A model generated the notes under the pieces. That model made no database searches. It worked only from the letters and a program-made list of their open reading frames with translations, and was not told the DNA's origin. Position numbers and translations under genes: made by a program. Positions 1 to 11,267 of a DNA stretch of 64,000 nt are shown one piece after another (position 1 is the first letter of the stretch; each line of letters starts with the position of its first letter). Origin of the DNA: Podarcis pityusensis (Eukaryota). The stretch is taken from the NCBI GenBank assembly GCA_964106645.2, contig OZ067039.1; one strand, 5' to 3'.

Positions 1-181
1 CTAGGCTTCTTTATCACCCTGTTTATGTGGAGATGCAAGTGGAAGGAAAGCTGTTCCAGGAAAGGGGTCATTGTGGCAGATGGGAGGAGACAAAGGGGCC
101 AGCAGGAGATCAGCTTTGGCAGGATACATAAAGCAAATTACATTCATGGATAGGAGTTAGAGAGGATCAACCGCTAGGTAC

Positions 182-339
182 CTGTTTTTTCTTTTCCACC
201 TCTGCTCGCATCCTCTCCATTTCAGCCTTCTTCACTGTTCTCTTCATCACAGCAATATCATCGCGAACGTCTTGGTCCATGTTCTGCATGTAGAACAGGC
301 GCAGGGAGAGACTTTCCATTTCTGTCTGCATGGCTGAAA
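182..339 (-). CDS. CCDC40: CCDC40 coding exon 9 ([29 protein letters not shown]...EKKKQ); gene continues left of the window
   Basis: cttag|TT...AAACAG|gtacc; 158 nt; matches human LFYMQNIDQDMRDDI. Confidence 0.95.
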
Positions 340-523
340 CTAAGAAAACCGGAAGGAATACACATATATATTTCCATAGCCTGGGCCAAAACTGTGGTTA
401 AGAGTATAGTAAGGGGAAAGCAACAAACCATGTAAACTAGATGGCTTTCTCTAAAGTGAAAGGATGTCAGGCCTGCAACTCACAGGCTGCCCAACTGGGA
501 TCTACTTGATCATATCTCTAGAG

Positions 524-718
524 CAGGAGTTGCCAATACAGCACCCATGGGCAAACCTTCTCCGACACCTACCGGGGTCCCTTTCACTTCTGAAATTAGG
601 CCTGAAATAAGAACAGGTTGTAGTGTGTGTGGCTGGTTGCAGAGTGTGGGTGGATGCCCATGACAGTTTCTCTGATTTCCAGATGTGCCTATGGCCCCCT
701 GAAGGTTAGTGATTCCTG
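524..718. mobile_element. Non-autonomous hAT (Charlie-like) element, degraded
   Basis: CAGG...CCTG ends flanked by ctctagag / atctagag 8-bp TSD. Confidence 0.55.
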
Positions 719-1194
719 ATCTAGAGGCATGTGTATATGATACTAAAAATATCCAGATTTCCTACCAAGGGAATGTTTTCTTCCACCCCAAAACTGGAAT
801 ACTGTGGCCTCAGTAAATCATGCAAATTAATCACATGCATTAATCTTGTTTTGCATCTTTTAGTCTCCTTCTCTAGCCAGAAGAAAAGAACCAGGAGCAT
901 TACATAAAGCCAACCCTTAGCCCCAGCTTTGTATTCAGCAACTCATCTGATAGTTGTAGGTGACAGCAAATTCCACATAAGTCAGTGGAAGAAGAGGCAA
1001 TCTGGAGCAATCCATTCCTCCTATTTAAAAAGGCCCATTTAAAAGGTTGCTTTGTCCACCAAAAGTGCTGCTTATGGCTCTTTGGCTTCTGTTGTACGTA
1101 TGTGTTTTAAAAAAATAAATAATAGTCATAAAGTTAGAATGAAAACTGAAAATGGAAGTTGGGATTCTCAGAATGCTGAATTTTATGTCCAGAA

Positions 1195-1409
1195 CAGTGG
1201 TACCTCGGGTTACAGACGCTTCAGGTTACAGACTCTGCTAACCCAGAAATAGTACCTCGGGTTAAGAACTTTGCTTCAGGATAAGAACAGAAATTGTGCG
1301 GCAGCAGCGGGAGGCCCCATTAGCTAAAGTGGTACCTCAGGTTAAGAACAGTTTCAGGTTAAGAACGGACCTCCAGAACGAATTAAGTACATAACCCGAG
1401 GTACCACTG
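1195..1409 (+). mobile_element. Tc1/mariner (Tigger-like) MITE, family A
   Basis: TIR CAGTGGTACCTCGGGTTA...TAACCCGAGGTACCACTG followed by TA; multi-copy in the window. Confidence 0.85.
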
Positions 1410-1726
1410 TATCAGCTTCTGACTTTGCAGTACAGAATACACATACCCTCCGTAATATCACTTTTTACATTGGCCTGATGAATAGAGCAACTATAAACAC
1501 AATGGAAGAAAATTCACTGACCACCAACTATGTCTACATGCAGTTGACCCAACAGTCATACTATATATAATTCAGGAGTCTGATAGAAGGAGGCAAAACT
1601 AGTTAGGTTGTTGAAATATTTGTAGCCCCTGAATACTGGAGCTAAAGCTTACAAAGTAAGCATGTGATAGGTTTAATCTCACAATACGGAAAGGGTGAGG
1701 GACAACATAGCAGCAAAGAAGGTCAC

Positions 1727-1946
1727 CTTTTTTACGTTCGCTCTCAGTGCCCTGGCATGTCTTCTTATACATGCCCCTGAGGTCTTGCAACTCTTCCTCT
1801 AACTGCCGGCGTGCCATGGCAATCTGGGAATGGTGATTGTGGTTCTTCTCCAGTACCATCTGCAGTTGGGCCAACTGCTGCTGGACCCCATACAAGATCA
1901 CGCCGAGTTCTTCCCTCTCAGTCTTTGCAGTCTTTACGCCTGCTGT
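1727..1946 (-). CDS. CCDC40: CCDC40 coding exon 8 (TAGVKTAKTEREELGVILYGVQQ...ESERKK)
   Basis: 220 nt, gcag|ACA...AAAG|gtgac; coiled coil matching human RQELGVNLYEVQQ. Confidence 0.95.
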
Positions 1947-2038
1947 CTGCAATCAGGGGAGGGACAAAGTGACCATGCACACTCCAGTGTGAATGGACAA
2001 AAAAGAAGAAACAGAAATTCAAAGCAAAGATACTGTAC

Positions 2039-2122
2039 CAATTCCCGAAACTCTTCAGTCAGCTTTCCTATCTGTTTATTCAGGTAGTTCTTGAGAGCAG
2101 TTTGGAATCTTTTCATCAAGGG
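2039..2122 (-). CDS. CCDC40: CCDC40 coding exon 7 (PLMKRFQTALKNYLNKQIGKLTEEFREL)
   Basis: 84 nt with AG/GT ends; matches human [21 protein letters not shown]. Confidence 0.95.
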
Positions 2123-2899
2123 CTATAGAAAGAAGCAAGAGCAAGTTAATATATCATCCAAGGGGTCAACATTTGTCTTCTACGACTGCTACAATTTCTG
2201 CCCTGCCTATCTTGGGTAAATTTCAGTACAAAATATGGGGACAACCTGATTTCATGATAAAATTTTAAAGAGAAGATCATCACATATAGCTTTACCAAAG
2301 GTCCATGCTGGGCATCCACCCTCCTTTCCAACTTTCCACTTAGGACACACCTACAGACCGGCATTCAATAAATGCCCCAGACATTTATCTCATGTAAAAC
2401 AATAGAATTAATGGAGGAGAATCATGCCAAAACAAAAAGCTTTATGGTAATTTTGTTTGCTGACTGAATGGTTCGGTGAACAAGGAAGGCGAGGGGGAAA
2501 TGGAAGGCAAAAGGGGAGGAAGCAGAGGCACAGCTGGGGAAACTGGGGTCAAGGTGGGGATTTGTAATTATAGAACGCAAATGAGAAAGGAAGTCATTGA
2601 GAGTAAGGGATCTTGTGTGAAAATTGGGAGGCTGGTGGATTGAATATATTCATGAAAAAACTCGGAGCAACAAGGGTGAGAGAGCAAGTGTGGGGAATCT
2701 TAGAACTGGGGGGGGGGGGAGACGGACATTGTTATAACTTGCAACCCTGATTTATCTTTGTGTGAGAAGATCTGCTCAAAAGAGTCAGCCGCTTTGTATT
2801 TAAATATCACAAATTTCATCAATATCTTTTACTATCTGACTTTCTGTTTTCATCCAGCTGCCGACATGACAGCTCTCTTAAGCTTTGGTCTTTTCTTAC

Positions 2900-3078
2900 A
2901 TGCTCTGGGTCCAACACAACAAGCTCAGCTTCTTCCTCTGCCTCTTCGCTACCGAGATCACCCTCAGCAAAAGGCAACGCTTCCTCCTCTTCCATGGGCC
3001 CAAGCATACTGGGTTGCAGAGACAAAGGCTGAAAAACAGCCTCAGTAGACTCAGGGAAGATGACTGTCTTAGAGGCAC
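2900..3078 (-). CDS. CCDC40: CCDC40 coding exon 6 (...EEEAELVVLDPEH)
   Basis: atatag|GT...GAGCAT|gtaag; 179 nt; LVVLDPEH matches human LVVLDPDH. Confidence 0.92.
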
Positions 3079-3797
3079 CTATATGTGGAGAAGAGATGAG
3101 TAGCATCAGCAACAGAAAATGCAAGGTAGCAAAGACTTCTTTATCACATGGAAGGTTTACTGTGACCTTCTTGGGGCACAGTGCTTCATAGAAAAGCAGG
3201 GTATAAACTGAACTGAACTGCAACAAAAAGCCACTAAACTAAACCAACACCTCTCACCTGATACTACTGGGCAGCACATTATTAAGGATATTCCCCCAGT
3301 TCCATCCATTTACTGCCATTTTTGTGCTATTTTATCTATTTTATAGTTCTCTTTCTCTTCTGCTAACCTATTTTGATTCTATTTAACTTCCTATAAATTG
3401 ATTGTTGTTTCTATAACTTTATGTAAGTTGTTTAGAGTGGTGTGGCCTGAGAAGTGGTATACAAGTACTATAAATAAACAGTGTTGTTATTGCCATTATC
3501 CAATCTCGGTTCTACAAAAATCTCTTCCATCCAATCTATTTAATGTCATCTCCATTAATCACTGTTTAAAATCCTTGTTTCTATTATCCAGATCCTCTGG
3601 ATATCCACAGCATGTTCAAATGACTGTGGCAGTGCTATAATGATAACAACCAGGCAGAAAACCACAGTGGAAAATACAGAAGTCGACTTAGTATTGGCAC
3701 CAAACATTTCAAATGCAAGGTTTCTCCATCACCAATTGGATTCAAAACATGCTTCAGTGGCAAGCAAAGTCCTCATCAATAGGATGGCGACTGATAC

Positions 3798-3918
3798 CTG
3801 AAAACACACGGCGTCCCAATGGCGTATCCAATCTCAGACTACTGGTCCCTGAAGATACAGGAGACAGTACTTGCCCACTGGGCAATCTGGAAGGCAGGCT
3901 GAATGTGTCAAACCCTTC
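3798..3918 (-). CDS. CCDC40: CCDC40 coding exon 5 (EGFDTFSLPSR...RVFSG)
   Basis: tttatttcag|GAA...TTTTCAG|gtatc; 121 nt, phase 0 to 1, supplies the phase needed by the next exon. Confidence 0.75.
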
Positions 3919-3993
3919 CTGAAATAAAGGCTATTGTTAGAAGGGAGCTGCCGAAAAGGGTGTTGATGCTTAGAAAGACTTGAATTGGTAATA

Positions 3994-4227
3994 CAGTCAT
4001 ACCTCGGGTTACAGACACTTTGGGTTGTGTGATTTCAGGTTGCGCACTGCACTGAACCCAGAAGTGCTGGAACGGGTTACTTTCGGGTTTCAGCGCTTGT
4101 GTATGCGCAGAAGCACTAAATCGTACTTTGCACATACGCAGAAGTGCCAGATTGTGACCCACGCGTGGGTCCCGGGTTGCGAACGTGCCCCCCGCATGGA
4201 TCACGTTCGCAACTCAAGCGTCCACTG
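3994..4227 (+). mobile_element. Tc1/mariner MITE, related family B
   Basis: TA|CAGTCATACCTC...CCACTG|TA; similar to the copy at 51104. Confidence 0.75.
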
Positions 4228-5061
4228 TAGCAAAATACGAATGAAGCTACCTCACAACGACCCTAGGAAGCAGTTTAAAGACTATAACTGGGGTGGATAG
4301 CAGATAGACACAGATGCTTGTTGGCATCCTATGAGAGTCTGCATTATTTTTTTTTTAAAAAGCTACCTCGTGTGATTGCAAAGTAAAGACTGGAAACATC
4401 TTGCTAGTGCAACCTTGGGAGAGTACAGCTCATATTCCTTCTCTCTCTCCCTGCCCCCCCCCATCACACACAGACACACATAGAGCACTCAGCCTTTCTT
4501 CCCCAAGTCAGGATGAGGGGCTCTAAAAACCCATCTCCCCCTAGTGTTGAGATGGGTAGTGAGGAAACACATCTTCTTCTCTAAGCAGTAGGCAGAGGGC
4601 TTTATTTCCCCATCTCAGTGCTGAGTGCTACAGCACTCCGATTGTAAGATAAAGCTGGAGGGGGCTGACAGGTCACTTCCTGTGAAATGCTGAGCTGGAT
4701 TTGGCTGTGGTAAATCAACCCTGCCTTGGACAAAATAATAGTAAAAATTGACTCATGGATTTAATCAGTCCCTTCCCCCCCCAAAATTATCCACCTGCTC
4801 CTCCTTCTCACATTTTATTCATTTAGACTCAACCACATTTTCAACAGGACTGCTTCTTGATAGAGACCTGACATTGTATATACAACAGAATGGCCTAAAT
4901 CAGATATAACACAAGACTATGGGAATAAGCCTGCTTGAGCCTAGGGCTTTAGAACTCTCCTGTCTTCCTCTAGTGTGGTTTAGCAGTATTATATCCAAAT
5001 GAGGCCAACATGACCTAGGGAATAAAAAGCTCCTTTGTGCCACATTCAGTGTCACACTCAC

Positions 5062-5418
5062 CAGCAAAAAGGAGGGGGTGCCACTCTCAGGAAGACCTGG
5101 CATTGGTGTGCCGGGCTCACCCATCACTCTTGAGAGTATCTCTTCCAAGATTTCCATAGGAGCACCTTTTGCCCCTTCCTCTGTAGCAGCTGCAGGACCA
5201 CCTTCTGCCCCTTCCTCTGTAGCCACTGCAGGAGCACCTTCTGCCCCTTCTTCTGTGATCGCCGCAAGAACACCTCCTATCCCTTCCTCTGTGGCTGCTG
5301 CAGGAGCACCTTCTGCCCCTTCCTCTGTAGCCACTGCAGGAGCACCTTCTGCCCCTTCCTCCATGACTGCTCCAGAAGCACCTTCTGCCCCTTCCTCCAT
5401 GGGATTATTTTTTCCTGG
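5062..5418 (-). CDS. CCDC40: CCDC40 coding exon 4, acidic tandem-repeat exon (PGKNNPMEEGAEG...TPSFLL)
   Basis: ttttgcag|CCA...TTGCTG|gtgagt; 357 nt, phase 0 to 0, inside ORF 4900..5424; acidic low-complexity N-terminus typical of CCDC40. Confidence 0.8.
5146..5397 (-). repeat. Coding minisatellite, 7 x 36 bp (EEGAEGAPAVAT-type)
   Basis: Seven consecutive 12-aa units starting EEG are visible in the translation and the DNA. Confidence 0.9.
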
Positions 5419-6167
5419 CTGCAAAAATTAGAATGAATCAACACTACCTGAACACTAGAAAATAATATGAAGATATTTCACGTTTCATCCTCTAGAAAGC
5501 ACAGAAACTTGTCTTAATTCAGCCAAATGTTAAAGGACATGCTTAACCATCCTTTAGATTTGAGTGTGATAATTTGAGAATCCAAAGTCTAAAGACAGTT
5601 AGAAAACAAGTTAGATCTGTATTTTTCTTCACTGATTTGTAGCATGGTCTTTGGCAATGACTGTGTAATGTTTATTTTCAGCAAAGGTTTAGATTTAGAT
5701 TCTTTTTTTAAAAGTGAAAACTGGAACCATGTTATAATATCTGCTGGACTGGAGACAAGAGTGCAGTAGCAACCTGTGGGGGGAGGTGGAGCAGCCCTCC
5801 AAACACTGATGCTACCTACCTGGATGGGGCTGGGGTAGGTTAGGGTGGCAGCAAAGTCAAGGCTACATGGGGATGTCAGCAGGGCCAACCCAGTGCTCCC
5901 ACCATTGTACCTGTGCAGCCCCAAATTCACAGCCACCCTGCCCCATCCAGGTAAGCTGCAAGGATGCTGCTGGCAGTGGGCGAGCTCTGCTGCTCAACCT
6001 CATCATGTAAGCTGCTACTGTAAGAGCAACAGCAAAGCACTGATAGTGCTAGAAAAGAATCAAAATAATTTGTCTACTGAATACCAGAAAAAGGAAGCAG
6101 CTTTGCTCTTCTCAAACCATTTAAATTAACTGGATTGTTTTCCTACTGAAGAATCATGAATACCTAC

Positions 6168-6224
6168 CTCTGTGGTCACCCCATCATCTTGATTTTGGCC
6201 ACTTGTATCTTGCAGCTGCTCAGT
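6168..6224 (-). CDS. CCDC40: CCDC40 coding exon 3 (TEQLQDTSGQNQDDGVTTE)
   Basis: Pyrimidine tract then aatag|ACT...ACAGAG|gtagg; 57 nt, phase 0 to 0, open frame. Confidence 0.6.
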
Positions 6225-6876
6225 CTATTCAATACAAAGAAAAGGGTAAGTGTGTGAAACATAGACATAGAGGAAAATAGCATTCTATTTATTTATTTTT
6301 ATTTCCAATATTTATAGACCACTTTTCATCATTGATGGTCACAAAGCAATTTACAGAACAATCAATGAAACAACTCTTCAGTCACTTAATATGGTGTTTA
6401 AAACAAACAAAAACCACAGGTAAAAAAACATAAATTCACAAATAAGCATAAAATGACATACTTAAAATGCCTGCTGGAATAGAAAGGTCTAATGACAAGC
6501 ATCCAAAGTTCAGCAGGGAGGGTACCTGTTGCTCTCAGCTGGGAAACAGTTCCACAGAGTCTGACACATAATACTGAATGCATGGCTCCTGGTGGACATG
6601 AGCCGTGGATCTGAGTCATGGGGCACTACAAACAGGGAATCCACCCTCAGTTAATGGGTTGGGATATAATGATCCTTAAGGCACCCTGGACTCAAGTTCT
6701 TAAGGGCCTTGTGAATTAATACAAATATACATATTGCAATAATTCAAACCAGTGCTAGTGAGTTCCTCAGTTCAAACGTGTGCAGTTCAAGTGAAACTGT
6801 GTCTTTAAAGCAGTGGTTCACTTTCTATATATAACTTTAATTCTCCAGCACATGAAAATCCTTGCATTTATATTAC

Positions 6877-6943
6877 CTCTTCATCTTTTGCAAGCAGCTC
6901 TTTTTTCTCATCTTCTGCAATTTCTCCATGCTGCGATTCAGCA
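6877..6943 (-). CDS. CCDC40: CCDC40 coding exon 2 (AESQHGEIAEDEKKELLAKDEE)
   Basis: aaataaag|TGCT...GAAGAG|gtaat; 67 nt, phase 2 to 0, acidic, keeps frame with neighbouring exons. Confidence 0.65.
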
Positions 6944-7118
6944 CTTTATTTTAAATTTAGAGAAAATAAATTATTTTAATAACATTACAATCATATGTTG
7001 AAAAAGCGGTTTAGATTTTGGTGAATTTTATATTCAGGCCAGTTTGCAAGGCAGGGCACCAGTACAGAATGACAACAGTAGTAATTTGCCTTTGTTTCAT
7101 TTTGGCAAACCCAATTTG

Positions 7119-7153
<35 letters not shown>

Positions 7154-7280
7154 TTATTATTTGTACCCCGCCCATCTGGCTGGGTTTCCCCAGCCACTCT
7201 GGGCGGCTTCCATAGAAACAAAAAATACAGTAAAATATCACAGATTAAAAGCTTCCCTGAACAGGGCTGCCTTTGATATC
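7119..7280 (-). mobile_element. L2-type LINE 3' end with (ATT)n tail
   Basis: (AAT)n followed by the same 3'UTR sequence as 17243-17670. Confidence 0.7.
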
Positions 7281-7491
7281 TTAGTGCTACAGATTTATAC
7301 TGTACTAGGTCTAACTGTGCAATCCTATGCATGCCTACTCAGAAGTTGAGTTCAGTGGGACTTCAGTCCAAACAAGTTTATATAGGGTTGTTGTTGTTTG
7401 TTTGTTGTTTATACTCTACCTTTTTTACTGACAAGACTCAAAGCAGCTTACAGATAAAAATAAGAAAAAGGGCGGGCATTAAAAAACAATT

Positions 7492-7525
<34 letters not shown>

Positions 7526-8351
7526 TTACAGCCATAGCAATGGTTGCAGTCCAAAAGTCCTGAAGAGTCAAGAGGTAAATGAATAATATCATCAATGTGA
7601 ATGACAATCTAAAGAGGAGAAAGAGTTCTGTGTGGAAGGTGATACAGCTTCCACAATATTCTTTGCTTCTTATTACTGCAAGTTCTAATGATGACTTTAG
7701 CAGTAAGTTTCAGATGCAAATGTGCAGCTTGGTTGACTAGAACAGACAACAAGATGAAAGGTGAGAGCTATGTTTCTTTTAATAATGCATGCGTGCTGAA
7801 TCAGTCTAAATAGGAAGTGGATGAATGGAGATTCTGGGTTCACAGGAGCAGGTGGTGCTAAAATAGGGAAGGGAAACTGGGAGCTCTGGATTACAATAAA
7901 TTGATGGAAATAAATAAGGATAACAACAGCCCAACATTTGAGAAGAGAAAGATACAAAATGCAGTTGTTTGAGAGGCTGGAAGTTGTGAGGAACTGAGCT
8001 TTTAGTGATTACATAAACAGTGGTGAAAATGGTCTTGAAACCCTAGGAAGAGAGCTGAGATGCAAAGTGTGAGGAAATATGAAGTAAGGGGACTACAAAG
8101 CTGATGACAACAACTAGAAAGTATCTGGGCTTGTGCATAGGGAGAGGCTCTTGGTCTTCCTTGAGCAAAGACCAGATGGGAGGACAAGTTACACAAAGTA
8201 ATGTTTGAAATGGATATCAGGCATGGGGAAATGAGGGCCATGCAGTTCACCCCAATGCATGTCAACTCAGAAATAAATTCACTGGGACTAAGTAAGCACA
8301 CATAGGATTGCAGCTGGCGGGAGGGGGGCAGAGTAGAGGTTTGGGAGATCC

Positions 8352-8427
8352 TTGTTGTTGTTGTTTAGTCGTTTAGTCATGTCTGACTCTTTGTGACCCC
8401 ATGGACCAGGCACTCCTGTCTTCCACT
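8352..8427 (-). mobile_element. Short BovB/RTE 3' end
   Basis: (TTG)n-TTTAGTCGTTTAGTC terminus as at 41828. Confidence 0.7.
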
Positions 8428-9044
8428 GGGAGATCCTAGAAGCTGGTAATATGGGGGGACTGAGGAGAAAAGTAAAGGGCATCAGCATCAGGGATGTCCC
8501 AACAAAGCGCCTTTTGGTCAATTGAGTGGAATGGGGTATTTGTTGACTGACTGTTTGCAATGGGAGGTGGAATATTGAGAAATGGAGGGTGGAGCTGGTG
8601 GGTAGGGCAAACAAGGAGTGAAGCGGCAGGGGGGGAAGCAATGGTCTGTCTTATGGGGCTCCTTTTCTTCACCCACTAACAACAGAAATTCCCATTCACA
8701 TATATGCCCATTCTCCCTTGAATTCAAGCTTTCTTGATATACGATCACAGCCCTAGATTTTAGTAGCTGAATGGGGGCGGGTTGGGGGGTGCTGTTAATG
8801 AGGGCACAGCAATGTAGATCTACAACCAGAAATTCATTTTATTTTATTTTATTTAAAAGGAAAAGTGGGGGGGGGCTGTCCCCCCCCCCCCCAAGAAGAG
8901 AGATACTAAAAGGGCTTAACTAATGCAATACACTGAAGGGCAGCAGCCTTTTCTGGGGCACCCTTTCCCCTCATCACAATGCACCCCTGTGCCTGCTCCC
9001 TCTCTAACCCAAGTGCCTTGAACCCGCTCCCTTTAAGCGCTCAC

Positions 9045-9064
9045 CGGCTGCCGCTCGGCTCCAT
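9045..9064 (-). CDS. CCDC40: CCDC40 coding exon 1 (MEPSGSR, phase-2 end)
   Basis: Minus strand reads GGAGG-ATGGAGCCGAGCGGCAGCCG|GTGAGC. Short phase-2 first exon like human MAEPGGAAGR; RFX box just upstream. Confidence 0.8.
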
Positions 9065-9072
9065 CCTCCTCC

Positions 9073-9085
9073 GTTGCTAGGCGAC
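9073..9085. promoter_or_regulatory. RFX X-box-like element at the CCDC40 start
   Basis: GTTGCTAGGCGAC resembles the X-box GTTGCCATGGCAAC and lies 8 bp from the CCDC40 ATG. RFX control of motile-cilia genes is established. Confidence 0.65.
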
Positions 9086-9556
9086 GCTAAACACATCCAG
9101 CGCTCTCTCTTCCTTTCCCTTTCTCTCTCTCTCTCCTGCCCCGCCCCGCCTTCTTCTCGGATGATACCACTTGCGGGGAGAGAGAGGGGGAAATGGAAAT
9201 ATGGTCCGAACCATTTCTGTGCTTCAGGCGGTCGTGCATGGACTAGGCTTTAAGAGACATGCATATCGAGCGACAGGAGACAAAGACAAATGAAAAAGTG
9301 TAGAGTGACACGCTGCATGAACTAAAGATAATTTATCTCTTGAAATACATCATTGGCTGAGCTTCTCTATGGTCGCAGAAACTGTGTCAATTAGGTGTAA
9401 TCTAGATTTTTTTGCAGTAAACGTTAGTGGGGGAGGAATACCAGCACAGTTTAATTTTAATCTATGGAGAACTTTGTGAGTCCACTCTTCTTTTTCCTCT
9501 CTCTATGGCCAACGAACCTGTTCGTCTGTTTCTGGTTTTTTAAAAACACCTTCAAC

Positions 9557-9625
9557 TCTCGCGATATTACTGGAAGGCTCCGCCGGCCCGTCATCCTTTT
9601 CGCGACGTGAAAATTGGCGGGAAAG
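9557..9625 (+). promoter_or_regulatory. RMI2 proximal promoter: BANP/CGCG motif and E2F sites
   Basis: TCTCGCGATA at 9557-9566 (reverse TATCGCGAGA), TTTTCGCG near 9597-9604 and TTGGCGGGAAA near 9614-9624, in CpG-rich DNA. Confidence 0.6.
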
Positions 9626-9636
9626 AAGGCAGGGCC

Positions 9637-10071
9637 ATGTCGGAAGACTCTCGCCTCGCGCAGTCGCTGCCGCCGCCGCTGCCGCCTGTGAAGGTCCTGG
9701 CCGCGCACCTGAGGCGGTGCCGCCGGGTCCCTGGCGGCCCGTGGCTGCTGGACCGGGAGGAGTACCGGCGCCCCGCTCTCGCCGTGTCGCTGGTGTGGCT
9801 TCAGGGCACGGTGCTGGCCGTGGAGGAAGGTGGCTCGACGGTGCGGCTGCGGGACGACAGCGGCCCTTTCGTGGCTCAGGGCGTGGAGAAGATCCCCAAG
9901 GGGCGGCCTTGCCTCAGCGCCGGGAAGTACGTGATGGTGATGGGCCTGGTGGTGTCTTGCAGCCCAGAGCCCACCATCCGAGCTGTGAAGATGACGGACC
10001 TTTCAGGCAACCCCCTGCACAGGGACATGTGGCAGCTGGAAGTGGAGGATTTGCATAGGCACGTTTTGTGA
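9637..10071 (+). CDS. RMI2: RecQ-mediated genome instability protein 2 (OB-fold subunit of the BLM-TOP3A-RMI complex), single exon, 144 aa
   Basis: GCC-ATG start. Motifs PPVKVLA, VWLQG, RLRDDSG, PKGRPCL and GKYVMVMG..CSPEP..AVKMTDLS.NP.H..MW.LEVEDLHR match human RMI2 along its length. No stops, frameshifts or intron. Confidence 0.95.
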   Translation: MSEDSRLAQSLPPPLPPVKVLAAHLRRCRRVPGGPWLLDREEYRRPALAVSLVWLQGTVLAVEEGGSTVRLRDDSGPFVAQGVEKIPKGRPCLSAGKYVMVMGLVVSCSPEPTIRAVKMTDLSGNPLHRDMWQLEVEDLHRHVL

Positions 10072-10655
10072 TGGGAACAGTTTGTCAAAACTGCTTCTCA
10101 AAAGAACCCTGGAGGCTGAAGAAGCACCTTTGGAATTTTTTAATTTTTTTTTATTTTGCTAAATAAGGTTCCTCTTGAACTTCCTTTAGGAGAACTTGGA
10201 TTAACCAGCGGAATTTGACCTTGATTCATTTGCTGCAGGTGTGACAGAGCAATGGCGATGGAAATGCTTGCATCCCAACCCCCTTTTTGTCGCTGATTCC
10301 CAATTAGTCAACTTGGGTCAAGTAACGTTAGCTTATCCAGTGGAGAATGCAGTTGTCACTGCTACGATAAAACATCCACAGTCAAGAATCTGGTTGCAGA
10401 ACTTTGGGCTCTTCTTTCGGCCTGCACTTTCTCTGTATTACAACGCATCTAATGTTGAGTTGCCGATTTCACTACCAGTTGCAGTCCAGACATCTGACTT
10501 CAACTGTAACTCCTTGAACTGAACTGCTGCATGAAGTCCATGCTGCTTTAAAATACTGTTTCCTCTGCCCCAGGACATATTTGGACTAATGGAGTTTCTG
10601 GACAGCTATACACATCTGGCTTCAGGGAGACACTTGCAAGATGGACGAAAGTTAC

Positions 10656-10661
10656 AATAAA
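10656..10661 (+). terminator. Candidate RMI2 polyadenylation signal
   Basis: First AATAAA seen downstream of the stop; further AATAAA near 10892 and 11571. Confidence 0.35.
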
Positions 10662-11025
10662 AACCTGAGCTATTATCATCTTGATCATCTATGCTGACCA
10701 TTTTCTGACAGGGGTCAGTGGGGTTCTTAATGGCTCGTGTTTCATGGAATTCAGCATCACAGCTTATGCATAATTGATGTGCCTTGTTTTGGAACTTGCC
10801 TTGTTTACTAATGTGTGACTATTGTGAGGTGTGGAGGTAGCTATTAAATAATCCACAATCTATTCCTGATTTTGAGGTAGCACTTTTTCCAAATAAAAAG
10901 AATGCAGGGTAGTTGCTGATGCATGCTGCTCTGGGGCATATTGTGTTTCAGCATAGAAGCACATACTAAGCACACATAGTATTTCTACATTGTCCAAATA
11001 TTAAAGAATCATCTCTTGCCAACTA

Positions 11026-11267
11026 CAGTGGTAGCTCGGGTTACATACGCTTCAGGTTACATATGCTTCAGGTTACAGATTCCGCTAACCCAGAAATAGT
11101 GCTTCAGGTTAAGAACTTTGCTTCAGGATGAGAACAGAAATTGTGCTCCGGCGGCGCAGCAACAGCAGGAGGCCCCATTAGCTAAAGTGGTGCTTCAGGT
11201 TAAGAACAGTTTCAGGTTAAGAACGGACCTCCGGAATGAATTAAGTACTTAACCCGAGGTACCACTG
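11026..11267 (+). mobile_element. Tc1/mariner MITE family A
   Basis: TA|CAGTGGTA...TACCACTG|TA. Confidence 0.88.

Noticed and set aside
1-50. Minus-strand acceptor-like site (ataaacag|GGTGAT) as the next CCDC40 exon
   Set aside because: Reads GDKEA then a stop and does not match the expected DLYVD-like sequence; the real exon is probably outside the window.
9607-9636. N-terminal extension of RMI2 from the GTG start in the ORF track
   Set aside because: Non-ATG start overlapping the E2F site; the ATG at 9637 gives the expected protein length.
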